64,000 nucleotides of DNA from Micrococcales bacterium (GTDB lineage Bacteria > Actinomycetota > Actinomycetes > Actinomycetales > Microbacteriaceae), in NCBI GenBank assembly GCA_947452235.1, contig CANGBK010000004.1, forward strand, positions 7,368 through 71,367. The letters are read 5' to 3'. Position numbers and translations under genes: made by a program. Shown here one piece after another: positions 36,247-45,270 of the stretch. The notes under the pieces are model-generated. The model ran no database searches. It saw only the letters and a program-made list of their open reading frames with translations, and was not told where the DNA came from. How positions within the stretch are numbered: the first letter of the stretch is position 1; each line of letters begins with the position of its first letter.

Positions 36247-37731
36247 ATGACTTCTATTTCATTCAAATTCTCTAAAACCCAACCAAAGACCTCTGCAGAT
36301 TCCATCACTGTTTATGCTGTTGCAAACGTAGATGGCAACGCGAAACTTATTGGCAACGCGTCAAAAGTCGCAGCACTTAAGTCTCTAAACCTAAAGTCAC
36401 TTTCTATTTCTGCAAGTAAAGAATCAACATCAAGAATCCCAGTTGGTTCGATGGTTGTAGGTTTTGTTGGAATTGGTGAAGAGATCAGTTCTCCAGCACA
36501 AGCCAGAGACATTGGTGGAGCGATTGGTCGTGCATTCAACGATCACAAGAACATCACTCTTGACATCCCGGTAAAAAATTCTGATGCGCTTTATGCGCTT
36601 CTCGAAGGGATAGCTATCGTCCAATACCAATACAACCAATACAAGTCAGGTGAGAACAAAGTCCCTGCACTGAAAACAGTGGAAGTTCTAGGTAGTTCTT
36701 CCTTAAGTAAATCTGAACTCGACAAGATCAAAGTTATTTCTGCAACTTTGGATGCGACCCGAGATCTTGTTAACGCGCCAGCAAATGATCTTTACCCTTC
36801 AAAGCTTGCAGAGATTATCAAGTCTCAAAGCAAGATCGCTAACGTAAAAGTTGAAATCTGGGACGAGAAGAAACTTGCCAAAGAAAACTGCACAGGAATT
36901 CTTGCGGTTGGCCAGGGATCGGTTCGCGGACCTCGCCTCGTCAAGATTGAATACCGCCCAGCAAAGGCAAAAGCTCACCTAGCTCTTGTTGGTAAAGGAA
37001 TCACCTTTGATACCGGTGGTATTTCACTAAAGCCAGCAACTGGAATCTTGGGCATGAAGTATGACATGGCTGGTGCTGCAACTGTTGGCGAGGCCGCTCT
37101 TGCTATTGCCAAACTTGGCTTACCAATCGCGGTAACTGCATTTATGTGTGTTGCCGAGAACATGCCTTCAGGAAGCGCAACTAGACCTAACGACGTAATC
37201 ACTTTCCGTAACGGTAAAAGTGTTGAGGTAACAAACACTGATGCTGAAGGTCGTCTAGTTCTAGCCGATGGTTTGATTCTTGCCAGCGAAATGAAGCCTG
37301 ACCTAATCATCGATGTTGCTACTTTGACCGGTGCAGCACGGGTAGCACTTGGTAACCGTTACACCGGGTTAATGGGTGATGACGAGTCAGTTGAACTTGT
37401 TGAGAAGGCTGCTAAAAACGCTGGAGAACTTGTGTGGCACATGCCTCTTCCGGAAGAGCTAAAGGAACTTATCAAATCTGACATTGCTGACCTAATGAAC
37501 TCTAGAGTTGGTAACCCTTCAGGTGGAATGCTCGTTGGTGGCCTATTCCTTCAGGAGTTCGTTGGCTTGGCTAAGTCAAGCAAGAAGCAAGCTTGGGCTC
37601 ACCTAGATTTCGCGACTGCCGCTAACAATGATCTAGCTCCATACGGCTACACAGTCAAGGGTGCTACCGGTTCAATGGTTAGAACGCTGATTGCTGTTGC
37701 AGAATCACTTTCAAACACTAAGAAGAAATAG
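36247..37731 (+). CDS. pepA: Leucyl aminopeptidase (M17)
   Basis: M17 catalytic motifs VGKGITFDTGGISLKP and NTDAEGRLVLAD. Confidence 0.93.
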   Translation: MTSISFKFSKTQPKTSADSITVYAVANVDGNAKLIGNASKVAALKSLNLKSLSISASKESTSRIPVGSMVVGFVGIGEEISSPAQARDIGGAIGRAFNDHKNITLDIPVKNSDALYALLEGIAIVQYQYNQYKSGENKVPALKTVEVLGSSSLSKSELDKIKVISATLDATRDLVNAPANDLYPSKLAEIIKSQSKIANVKVEIWDEKKLAKENCTGILAVGQGSVRGPRLVKIEYRPAKAKAHLALVGKGITFDTGGISLKPATGILGMKYDMAGAATVGEAALAIAKLGLPIAVTAFMCVAENMPSGSATRPNDVITFRNGKSVEVTNTDAEGRLVLADGLILASEMKPDLIIDVATLTGAARVALGNRYTGLMGDDESVELVEKAAKNAGELVWHMPLPEELKELIKSDIADLMNSRVGNPSGGMLVGGLFLQEFVGLAKSSKKQAWAHLDFATAANNDLAPYGYTVKGATGSMVRTLIAVAESLSNTKKK

Positions 37732-37779
37732 TCATCTAGTAATCTTTATTGGTTGCCGAAAATAAACACAGGAGCAGAA

Positions 37780-39156
37780 TTGGCTGAGCACAACTTTGAT
37801 GTAGTAATCCTTGGTGGAGGAAGCGGAGGCTATGCAGCCGCACTTCGTAGCGCACAACTTGGACTTTCAGTAGCACTAATCGAGAAAGACAAGCTTGGTG
37901 GTACCTGTCTTCACAGAGGATGTATTCCCACTAAAGCTCTTCTTCACTCAGCTGAAGTTGCAGATGTTACTCGTGAGGCAGCAGCGTTCGGAATCTCCGC
38001 CACTCTAAATGGTGTTGACATGCCAGCCGTTAACAAATACCGCGACGGAATTGTTGATCGTCTATTCAAAGGCCTAACTGGTCTTGTTTCTTCAAAAGCA
38101 ATCACTGTTGTTTCCGGTGAAGGAAGACTTGTTGGCCCAAAAACCATTTCAGTTAATGGAGATAACTACACAGGTAAGAATGTTGTTCTAGCAACAGGTT
38201 CATATTCACGAACTCTGCCTGGTCTTGAAATTGGTGGACGCGTTATAACTTCAGAACAAGCACTCCAGTTGGACTTCGTTCCAACTAAGGCAATTGTCCT
38301 TGGCGGTGGAGTGATCGGCGTTGAGTTTGCTTCTATCTGGAGATCATTCGGAACTGATGTCACAATCATTGAAGGTCTTCCAAACCTAGTTCCAAATGAA
38401 GACGTTTCAGTTTCAAAGGCGCTAGAGCGTGCATACCGTAAGCGTGGAATCAACTTCAAGACTGGTGTTCGATTCTCTGGTGTAACTCAGAGCGCAACTG
38501 GTGTTGTTGTTTCGCTTGAAAACGGTGAGACTTTTGATGCCGAGCTACTTCTAGTTGCTGTTGGTCGTGGACCAAACGCAACTGGTTTCGGATATGAAGA
38601 GCAAGGCATCAAGATGGATCGTGGTTATGTTCTAACCAACGACCGCCTAGAGACAAGCCTTCCTGGTGTTTACGCTGCCGGAGACATCGTTCCAGGACTT
38701 CAGCTTGCTCACCGTGGCTTCCAGCAAGGTATCTTCATCGCTGAAGAGATTGCCGGGCTAAAGCCGGTCACCATTGACGAAAACGGAATACCTAAGGTTA
38801 CATACTCAGAGCCTGAAATTGCTTCCGTTGGGCTCACTGAAGCTAAGGCTGCAGAGAAGTATGGTTCAGAGAACATCTCGACTTACGAATACAACCTTGG
38901 CGGTAACGGTAAGTCACAGATTCTTGGCACAACTGGTTTCGTAAAGCTCATCAGACAGAACAACGGACCTATCATCGGCATTCACATGATCGGCTCACGT
39001 GTTGGTGAACAGATCGGTGAAGCACAACTAATTGTTAACTGGGAAGCTTTCCCTGAAGATGTTGCATCTTTGGTTCACGCCCACCCAACCCAGAACGAAG
39101 CTCTAGGTGAAGCTCACCTGGCTCTTGCTGGTAAACCACTACACGCACACGCATAA
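37780..39156 (+). CDS. lpdA: Dihydrolipoyl dehydrogenase
   Basis: FAD motif VVILGGGSGGY, redox-active GGTCLHRGCIPTK and C-terminal HAHPTQNEALGEA. The start is refined to TTG 37780 (GGAG 6 nt upstream). The track start is 37753. Confidence 0.93.
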   Translation: MAEHNFDVVILGGGSGGYAAALRSAQLGLSVALIEKDKLGGTCLHRGCIPTKALLHSAEVADVTREAAAFGISATLNGVDMPAVNKYRDGIVDRLFKGLTGLVSSKAITVVSGEGRLVGPKTISVNGDNYTGKNVVLATGSYSRTLPGLEIGGRVITSEQALQLDFVPTKAIVLGGGVIGVEFASIWRSFGTDVTIIEGLPNLVPNEDVSVSKALERAYRKRGINFKTGVRFSGVTQSATGVVVSLENGETFDAELLLVAVGRGPNATGFGYEEQGIKMDRGYVLTNDRLETSLPGVYAAGDIVPGLQLAHRGFQQGIFIAEEIAGLKPVTIDENGIPKVTYSEPEIASVGLTEAKAAEKYGSENISTYEYNLGGNGKSQILGTTGFVKLIRQNNGPIIGIHMIGSRVGEQIGEAQLIVNWEAFPEDVASLVHAHPTQNEALGEAHLALAGKPLHAHA

Positions 39157-39185
39157 ACTTCTAACTGCATAAGGAGCAGCAACAA

Positions 39186-40523
39186 ATGAGCGAAGTAAAA
39201 CTTCCAGCCCTAGGTGAAAGCGTTACCGAAGGAACTGTAACCAGGTGGCTTAAAAAGGTTGGTGAAACGGTTTCTATCGATGAGCCGCTAGTTGAAGTTT
39301 CAACCGACAAGGTTGACACTGAGATCCCAAGCCCTGTCGCTGGTGTTCTGCAGCAGATTCTTGTTCAAGAAGATGAAACTGCCGCCGTTGGAGCAGTTCT
39401 GGCCATCGTTGGTGATGGTGTTGGTGCAGCTGCACCAGTTGAGGCCGCTCCTCCGGTAGTCGAAGCGCCGGTAGTAGCCGCTCCAGTTGTAAGTGCACCT
39501 GTTATTGAAACTCCGGTAGTTGCGGCACCTGTTGTAAGTGCACCTATTGTCCAGGCTCCTATCGTTCAAGCTCCGGTTGTCACGCCTGCGCCTGTTGTCT
39601 CAGCGCCTGCAGTTACAAACTCTGATTCAACTTACGTAACACCTCTGGTTAGAAAACTTGCTAACGAATCAGGTGTGAACCTTGGGTCTGTTGCTGGTAC
39701 AGGTGTGGGTGGAAGAATTCGTCGTGAAGATGTTCTAGCCGCAGCTACAGGTTCTGTTTCAGTTGCTCCGGTAGCGAAGGCACCTGTTAGCCTTCCAGTT
39801 TCTGCCTTACGCGGAACAACCGAGCCTATGTCTCGCCTTCGCAAGGTCCTTGCTGAGCGCGCAGTTGCCTCAATGGTTTCAACTGCTCAGCTCACAACTG
39901 TTGTTGAAGTTGACGTTACGAAGATTGCTCAACTAAGAAGCAAAGTTCAGGCTGAATTCACAGCCAAGACTGGAGTGAAACTTAATTTCATGCCGTTCTT
40001 CTTCCTAGCTGCGGCTGAAGCACTTAGAGCACACCCAAAGATTAACTCAAGCGTTGATGGTGAAAACATTGTTTACCACCCAACCGAGAACATCAGCTTT
40101 GCTGTTGATTCAGAACGTGGTCTTCTAACTCCAGTTATTCGGGACGCAGCAAGTCTTTCACTTGGCAACATCGCTCAGCAGATTGCAGATCTTGCTGCTA
40201 GGACTCGTGAAAACAAACTTAAGCCAGATGAGCTTTCAGGTGGAACTTTCACCTTGACAAACACTGGCTCGCGTGGAGCACTGTTTGACACTCCTGTTGT
40301 CTTCTTGCCTCAGTCAGCAATCCTTGGAACAGGCGTTGTTGCCAAGCGTCCAGTTGTTGTGACAGACGAGAATGGTAATGACAGCATCGCCATTAGAAGC
40401 ATGGTTTATCTAGCACTTTCATATGATCACAGAATCATTGATGGTGCAGATGCCTCTCGCTTCCTGGTTGATGTTAAAGCAAGACTCGAAGAGGGTAACT
40501 TCCAAGCAAACTTTGGTTTCTAA
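39186..40523 (+). CDS. sucB: 2-oxoacid dehydrogenase E2 component (dihydrolipoyllysine-residue succinyl/acetyltransferase)
   Basis: A single lipoyl domain ([13 protein letters not shown]), a long Ala/Pro/Val linker, a peripheral subunit-binding domain ([15 protein letters not shown]) and the catalytic [10 protein letters not shown] motif. Confidence 0.92.
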   Translation: MSEVKLPALGESVTEGTVTRWLKKVGETVSIDEPLVEVSTDKVDTEIPSPVAGVLQQILVQEDETAAVGAVLAIVGDGVGAAAPVEAAPPVVEAPVVAAPVVSAPVIETPVVAAPVVSAPIVQAPIVQAPVVTPAPVVSAPAVTNSDSTYVTPLVRKLANESGVNLGSVAGTGVGGRIRREDVLAAATGSVSVAPVAKAPVSLPVSALRGTTEPMSRLRKVLAERAVASMVSTAQLTTVVEVDVTKIAQLRSKVQAEFTAKTGVKLNFMPFFFLAAAEALRAHPKINSSVDGENIVYHPTENISFAVDSERGLLTPVIRDAASLSLGNIAQQIADLAARTRENKLKPDELSGGTFTLTNTGSRGALFDTPVVFLPQSAILGTGVVAKRPVVVTDENGNDSIAIRSMVYLALSYDHRIIDGADASRFLVDVKARLEEGNFQANFGF

Positions 40524-41191
40524 TTCACTTTAGAAACCAAGTAAAAGTTATTTGCTTTCCAGGCTTCTAACTTGAAAGATTTTGCATCACATTTTCTAGT
40601 TAGCTGCAACCTACTCAATCCTCCAAATTGGCTAACCACACGAATTGTGAACTGAACTTTACCGATCTTCGCCTTTGAGTTATGCAACACCGTTGAAGAA
40701 AACTTCATTCCAACCTCAGGTTCAGCTGCACACAACTTTGACACTGTTTGGGTTGGCTTCTTTATCTCAAGTTGTTGCTCCTTTGGATGATTTGACTGAG
40801 TTGTAACTGCTAAATACACACAGCAAAGAATTACAGGTGCTAACAGCCAACTCTTAGATAAATCTCTTCCCCCCTCTACGAAGCCCAAGAGTGGTTCGAG
40901 TTGTACTAATCCTCTTCTTTTTGTCTTCGATGTCCTAATTGCTTCGATAGTTACGTCAGGAGGAAATAGCAGTGCCACTTTGCCTGAACGAAGTTTTACA
41001 ACGCCTGGATCAAGCTGAGTGCTGTGGGCAAGGACCCTTGGCCATGCCACTAGCAGGCTTGGCAAAATCATCAATTGAATGTCTCCCTCACCGCGTCTAT
41101 CGCGAACCTGCCAAATTGAACCAAGTTTGGTGCTCGCAATTTTCTCAAGAACGGCAAAGTTTCGAAGACTTGGCACAGGCTTTTTGAACAT
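40520..41191 (-). CDS. Hypothetical single-pass membrane protein (orphan)
   Basis: 223-aa ORF filling the sucB-lipB gap. It has one clear TM segment ([18 protein letters not shown]), a basic N-terminal domain of about 115 aa and a C-terminal domain of about 90 aa with two Cys. I recognise no family and see no obvious SD. Confidence 0.5.
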   Translation of the reverse strand: MFKKPVPSLRNFAVLEKIASTKLGSIWQVRDRRGEGDIQLMILPSLLVAWPRVLAHSTQLDPGVVKLRSGKVALLFPPDVTIEAIRTSKTKRRGLVQLEPLLGFVEGGRDLSKSWLLAPVILCCVYLAVTTQSNHPKEQQLEIKKPTQTVSKLCAAEPEVGMKFSSTVLHNSKAKIGKVQFTIRVVSQFGGLSRLQLTRKCDAKSFKLEAWKANNFYLVSKVN

Positions 41192-41293
41192 GAATCCAGT
41201 GTCTATATTCCTTGAATGGCGCAGCGCTAGCTGCTTTATTCTGTTGAAAACGGTTCGATTTGATACCTGTGCAGAAAGATTTAGACTTGACTC

Positions 41294-41929
41294 ATGACCC
41301 AGTTTGAAGTTGTTGGTTTAGCCCCTAATTTTGTGGATTACCAAGCAGCCTGGGATCTCCAACGCAAAGTTCATCAAGAGGTGGTTGCTGGCATAAGGCC
41401 GGATACCGTTCTACTTCTTGAACACGATGGCGTTTATACCGCTGGTAAAAGAACTGATGATGAAGAGCGTCCTCAAGATGGCACCCCTGTTATTGATGTT
41501 GACCGAGGTGGAAAAATCACTTGGCACGGTCCAGGTCAACTAGTTGGATACCCAATCATGAAACTACCTAACCCGATTGACGTGGTTGGTTACGTCAGAT
41601 GGCTTGAACAGGTTTTGATTGATTCAATAGCTGAGTTCGGCCTTTACACAGAAAGGGTCGAAGGCAGATCTGGTGTTTGGGCTCCCCTGGGTAACACCCA
41701 TGTGAAGATAGCTGCCATTGGCATTCGCGTAGCCGACAAGACAACCATGCATGGTTTTGCCTTGAACTGCAATAACTCGTTACAGCCGTACGAAACAATC
41801 ATCGCCTGCGGCATCAAGGATGCTGCAACGAGTACGATTAGCGAGTTAGTGCAAAAGGACATAACTCCAGCTATGGCTGCTGAAGCGATTCAAAGACACC
41901 TCACCACGATTGGAAAAGTGACCCAGTGA
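41294..41929 (+). CDS. lipB: Lipoyl(octanoyl) transferase LipB
   Basis: [25 protein letters not shown] and the active-site ACGI motif. Overlaps lipA by 4 nt. Confidence 0.93.
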   Translation: MTQFEVVGLAPNFVDYQAAWDLQRKVHQEVVAGIRPDTVLLLEHDGVYTAGKRTDDEERPQDGTPVIDVDRGGKITWHGPGQLVGYPIMKLPNPIDVVGYVRWLEQVLIDSIAEFGLYTERVEGRSGVWAPLGNTHVKIAAIGIRVADKTTMHGFALNCNNSLQPYETIIACGIKDAATSTISELVQKDITPAMAAEAIQRHLTTIGKVTQ

Positions 41930-42924
41930 CTCAGGAATCTGATGCTCCGAAGCGCATGCTTCGTGTTGAGGCTCGCAACTCAGAGACTCCTATTGAACGT
42001 AAACCAGACTGGATTAAAACTAAAGCGAAGATGGGTCCTGAGTATCAGGCCCTTCACTCATTAGTAAAGACTGAAGGTCTACACACTGTATGCCAAGAAG
42101 CTGGCTGCCCTAACATCTATGAGTGCTGGGAAGACCGTGAAGCTACTTTCCTAATTGGTGGAGCTCAATGCACAAGACGATGCGACTTTTGCCAGATTGA
42201 CACAGGGAAGCCTGCCAATTTTGATCCAGATGAACCAAGACGTGTTGGTGAATCAGTGAAGCAAATGCAGTTGCGATACGCAACAGTTACCGGTGTTGCA
42301 CGCGATGATCTTCCTGATGAAGGTGCCTGGTTGTATGCGGAAACAATTCGTCAGATTCATAAGCAGTCCCCTGGCACTGGTGTTGAGATTCTTATTCCAG
42401 ATTTCTCAGGTAAGCCTGAACTTTTGCAGAAGGTCTTTGATGCAAAGCCAGAAGTTTTTGCACACAACGTTGAAACTGTTCCTAGAATCTTCAAGCAAAT
42501 TCGCCCTGCATTTAGATACGAAAGATCTTTGGACGTAATCACACAAGGCCGTAACGCTGGAATGGTTACCAAGAGCAATCTAATTCTTGGTATGGGCGAA
42601 GAGATATCTGAAATTGTTCAGGCACTTCAGGATCTCTATGATGCTGGGACAGACATCATCACAATCACTCAGTATCTCCGTCCTTCAGTGAAACACCACC
42701 CGGTCTCCCGCTGGGTTAAGCCTCAAGAATTCGTTGAACTAAAGAACATTGCTGAAGAAATGGGCTTTCTCGGCGTGCTCAGTGGGCCTCTAGTGAGATC
42801 TAGCTACCGCGCTGGACGCCTTTGGGCTCAAAGCATGATGAAGCGTGGAGATCACATCCCTGAACATCTACAACATCTTGCAGAAGCTGCCATCAAAGAT
42901 GGTTTCAGTCAAGCAGTTAACTAA
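41926..42924 (+). CDS. lipA: Lipoyl synthase LipA
   Basis: The auxiliary cluster [12 protein letters not shown] and the radical SAM cluster CTRRCDFC. Confidence 0.95.
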   Translation: MTQESDAPKRMLRVEARNSETPIERKPDWIKTKAKMGPEYQALHSLVKTEGLHTVCQEAGCPNIYECWEDREATFLIGGAQCTRRCDFCQIDTGKPANFDPDEPRRVGESVKQMQLRYATVTGVARDDLPDEGAWLYAETIRQIHKQSPGTGVEILIPDFSGKPELLQKVFDAKPEVFAHNVETVPRIFKQIRPAFRYERSLDVITQGRNAGMVTKSNLILGMGEEISEIVQALQDLYDAGTDIITITQYLRPSVKHHPVSRWVKPQEFVELKNIAEEMGFLGVLSGPLVRSSYRAGRLWAQSMMKRGDHIPEHLQHLAEAAIKDGFSQAVN

Positions 42925-42947
42925 AAGGAACTAATAGGCTATTCATC

Positions 42948-43664
42948 ATGGCTAAAGACAAATCTAAAGACAAAGACCAAAAGGCTCCTGGCCTATTCGC
43001 CCAATTCAGCGAGGGTGTTAAGTTTCTAAGGGAGAACAACCCTAAGGCTGTTCCTATTGCTATTGCTTCCGGTGTTTTAGTTGCAATCGTGCTTGGCACT
43101 ATTGGCGCTTACATCAGCAATTTCAACTTCTTACCAATGGTTCTCTGGATTGTGTTAGCCCTAGTTGCAGGTTACCTAAGTGCTCTATTGCTCCTTAGCC
43201 GACAAGCTAACTCAACAGTTTTCGATAAGTATGCAACTGAAACTGGTCGTACTAGCCTTGCCGTTGGAACTCTTACACGAAGAACGTACAAAGGCGTCCA
43301 ACAACCAGTAGCAATCAACCCTAAGTCCATGGACATGGTCTTTAGAGTTGTTGGCCCAGCAGGTGTTGTGCTTCTCGGAGAGGGTGCAAAAACTGCCACT
43401 GCTGCCCTGCTAGAAGATGAAAGACGCAAAGTTCAGCGCGTTGTTCAGGGAGTCACAGTTCATACTTTCTACTGCTCCGACAACGGAGATGGAGTTCCTC
43501 TAAAGGAGCTTCACAAGCGCGTTTCTAAGCTAAAGAGAACTCTAAGCAAGGCTGAAATCTTCGCAGTTCAGAACCGCCTTTCGGCTATCGATTCACGTTC
43601 TGGAATGCCTATTCCTAAGGGTATGGATCCAAGCAAGATGCGCCCTTCACGCAAAATCCGCTAG
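42948..43664 (+). CDS. DUF4191 domain-containing membrane protein
   Basis: Lys-rich N-terminus, two TM helices and its position between lipA and glnA, as for Rv2219-like proteins (from memory). Confidence 0.7.
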   Translation: MAKDKSKDKDQKAPGLFAQFSEGVKFLRENNPKAVPIAIASGVLVAIVLGTIGAYISNFNFLPMVLWIVLALVAGYLSALLLLSRQANSTVFDKYATETGRTSLAVGTLTRRTYKGVQQPVAINPKSMDMVFRVVGPAGVVLLGEGAKTATAALLEDERRKVQRVVQGVTVHTFYCSDNGDGVPLKELHKRVSKLKRTLSKAEIFAVQNRLSAIDSRSGMPIPKGMDPSKMRPSRKIR

Positions 43665-43675
43665 GACAACAAAGT

Positions 43676-43700
43676 TTTACATTCCCGAAACATTGTTTCG
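43676..43700 (+). promoter_or_regulatory. Putative GlnR-type box plus palindrome upstream of glnA
   Basis: TTTAC-attccc-GAAAC (43676-43691) fits gTnAc-n6-GaAAc. The b-site is part of the perfect palindrome CGAAACA-T-TGTTTCG (43686-43700). The same GAAACATT core occurs upstream of amt. TATAAA lies at 43722-43727. Confidence 0.4.
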
Positions 43701-43784
43701 GCAAGTCCTGCCTTTCTGGGCTATAAAGTGGAGTTGAACGTAAAGGCACGTTCGAAATCCCAAACCTTTGAAGGGCTTAACTCA

Positions 43785-45218
43785 ATGTTTAAATCAGCAT
43801 CCGAGGTCATCAAATTCATCAAGGACGAGGACGTCAAGTTCCTAGATGTTCGATTCACTGACCTACCAGGCGTTCAACAACACTTCAACTTACCGGTCAG
43901 CCAGATTGACGAAGACTTCTTCGTAAATGGTCAGCTCTTTGATGCTTCCTCTATTCGTGGCTTCGCATCTATTCATGAGTCAGACATGCAGTTGATCCCA
44001 GACGTTACAACTGCTTACCTAGACACCTTCCGCGTTGAAAAGACTCTCGTTATCAACTTCGATATCTATAACCCACGTAACGGTGAGATTTACCACCGTG
44101 ACCCACGTCAAGTTGCTAAAAAGGCTGAGGCTTTCCTAGCTTCAACTGGTATTGCTGACACAGCATTCTTCGCTCCTGAAGCAGAGTTCTTTATCTTCGA
44201 CGAGGTGCGCTACGAGACCAAAGCCAACACTTCATACCACTTCGTTGATTCAATCGAAGGTGCATGGAACACAGGCAAGGAATTCGAGTCTGATGGTGGC
44301 CGCAACCTAGGTAACAAGACGCCATTCAAAGGTGGATACTTCCCTGTTTCACCGGTTGACCATCTAGCCGACATTCGCGATGAGATTGTTCTAAACCTAG
44401 AAAAAGCAGGTCTAGATGTTGAGCGTAGCCACCATGAAGTTGGAACTGCAGGTCAGTGTGAGATCAACTACAGATTCTCAACACTTGTTGCTTCTGCTGA
44501 TGACGTCTTGAAGTTCAAGTACATCGTCAAGAACACCGCATACAACTACAACAAGACCGCAACATTTATGCCGAAGCCTCTTTTCGGTGACAACGGTTCA
44601 GGTATGCACGTTCACCAGTCTCTATGGAAAGATGGCAAGCCATTGTTCTATGACGAGAACGGCTACGGCGGTCTATCAGATATCGCTCGCTGGTACATCG
44701 GTGGTCTACTAAAGCACGCACCAAGCTTGCTTGCTTTCACCAACCCAAGTGTTAACTCTTACCACCGTCTAGTTCCTGGTTTCGAAGCTCCAGTAAACCT
44801 TGTTTACTCAGCAGGTAACCGTTCAGCTGCTATTCGTATTCCTATGACTGGAACCAACCCGAAGGCTAAGCGCATTGAGTTCCGTGCGCCGGATGCTTCA
44901 GGTAACCCATACCTAGCTTTTGCTGCGATGTTGATGGCTGGTCTTGACGGTATCAAGAACAGAATTGAGCCACACGCTCCAGTTGACAAGGACCTATACG
45001 AGTTGCCACCAGAGGAAGCGAAGAACATCCCTCAGGTTCCTGGTTCACTTGAAGAAGTTCTAAAAGCTCTTGAAGCTGACCACGAGTACCTATTGCAGGG
45101 TGACGTGTTCACTAAGGACCTAATCGAAACTTGGATCGACTACAAGCGCGAGAAGGAAATCAAGCCTTTCGCTCAGCGTCCTCACCCATACGAGTTCGAG
45201 CTTTACTACGGAGTGTAA
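43785..45218 (+). CDS. glnA: Glutamine synthetase type I (adenylylation-regulated)
   Basis: GS-I motifs ([27 protein letters not shown]) and the adenylylation-site Tyr context [10 protein letters not shown]. The start is refined to ATG 43785 (MFKSASEV). The track start is 43728. Confidence 0.94.
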   Translation: MFKSASEVIKFIKDEDVKFLDVRFTDLPGVQQHFNLPVSQIDEDFFVNGQLFDASSIRGFASIHESDMQLIPDVTTAYLDTFRVEKTLVINFDIYNPRNGEIYHRDPRQVAKKAEAFLASTGIADTAFFAPEAEFFIFDEVRYETKANTSYHFVDSIEGAWNTGKEFESDGGRNLGNKTPFKGGYFPVSPVDHLADIRDEIVLNLEKAGLDVERSHHEVGTAGQCEINYRFSTLVASADDVLKFKYIVKNTAYNYNKTATFMPKPLFGDNGSGMHVHQSLWKDGKPLFYDENGYGGLSDIARWYIGGLLKHAPSLLAFTNPSVNSYHRLVPGFEAPVNLVYSAGNRSAAIRIPMTGTNPKAKRIEFRAPDASGNPYLAFAAMLMAGLDGIKNRIEPHAPVDKDLYELPPEEAKNIPQVPGSLEEVLKALEADHEYLLQGDVFTKDLIETWIDYKREKEIKPFAQRPHPYEFELYYGV

Positions 45219-45234
45219 TAACTTCAAAATCAAG

Positions 45235-45270
45235 ACGGGTTGTCAGAAAATGGCAACCCGTTTTGCTTTA
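45235..45270 (+). terminator. Intrinsic terminator between convergent glnA and glnE (possibly bidirectional)
   Basis: The stem acgggttg (45235-45242) pairs with caacccgt (45254-45261), with an 11-nt loop, followed by TTTTGCTTT. On the minus strand the stem is followed by CTTGATTTTG. Confidence 0.65.

Noticed and set aside
39420-39620. Tandem-like DNA repeats (also 33480-33800) that could be mistaken for a VNTR or CRISPR-like array
   Set aside because: They are in-frame Ala/Pro/Val linker repeats of the E2 component and AKP repeats of rpoD. They lack spacer-repeat architecture and cas genes.
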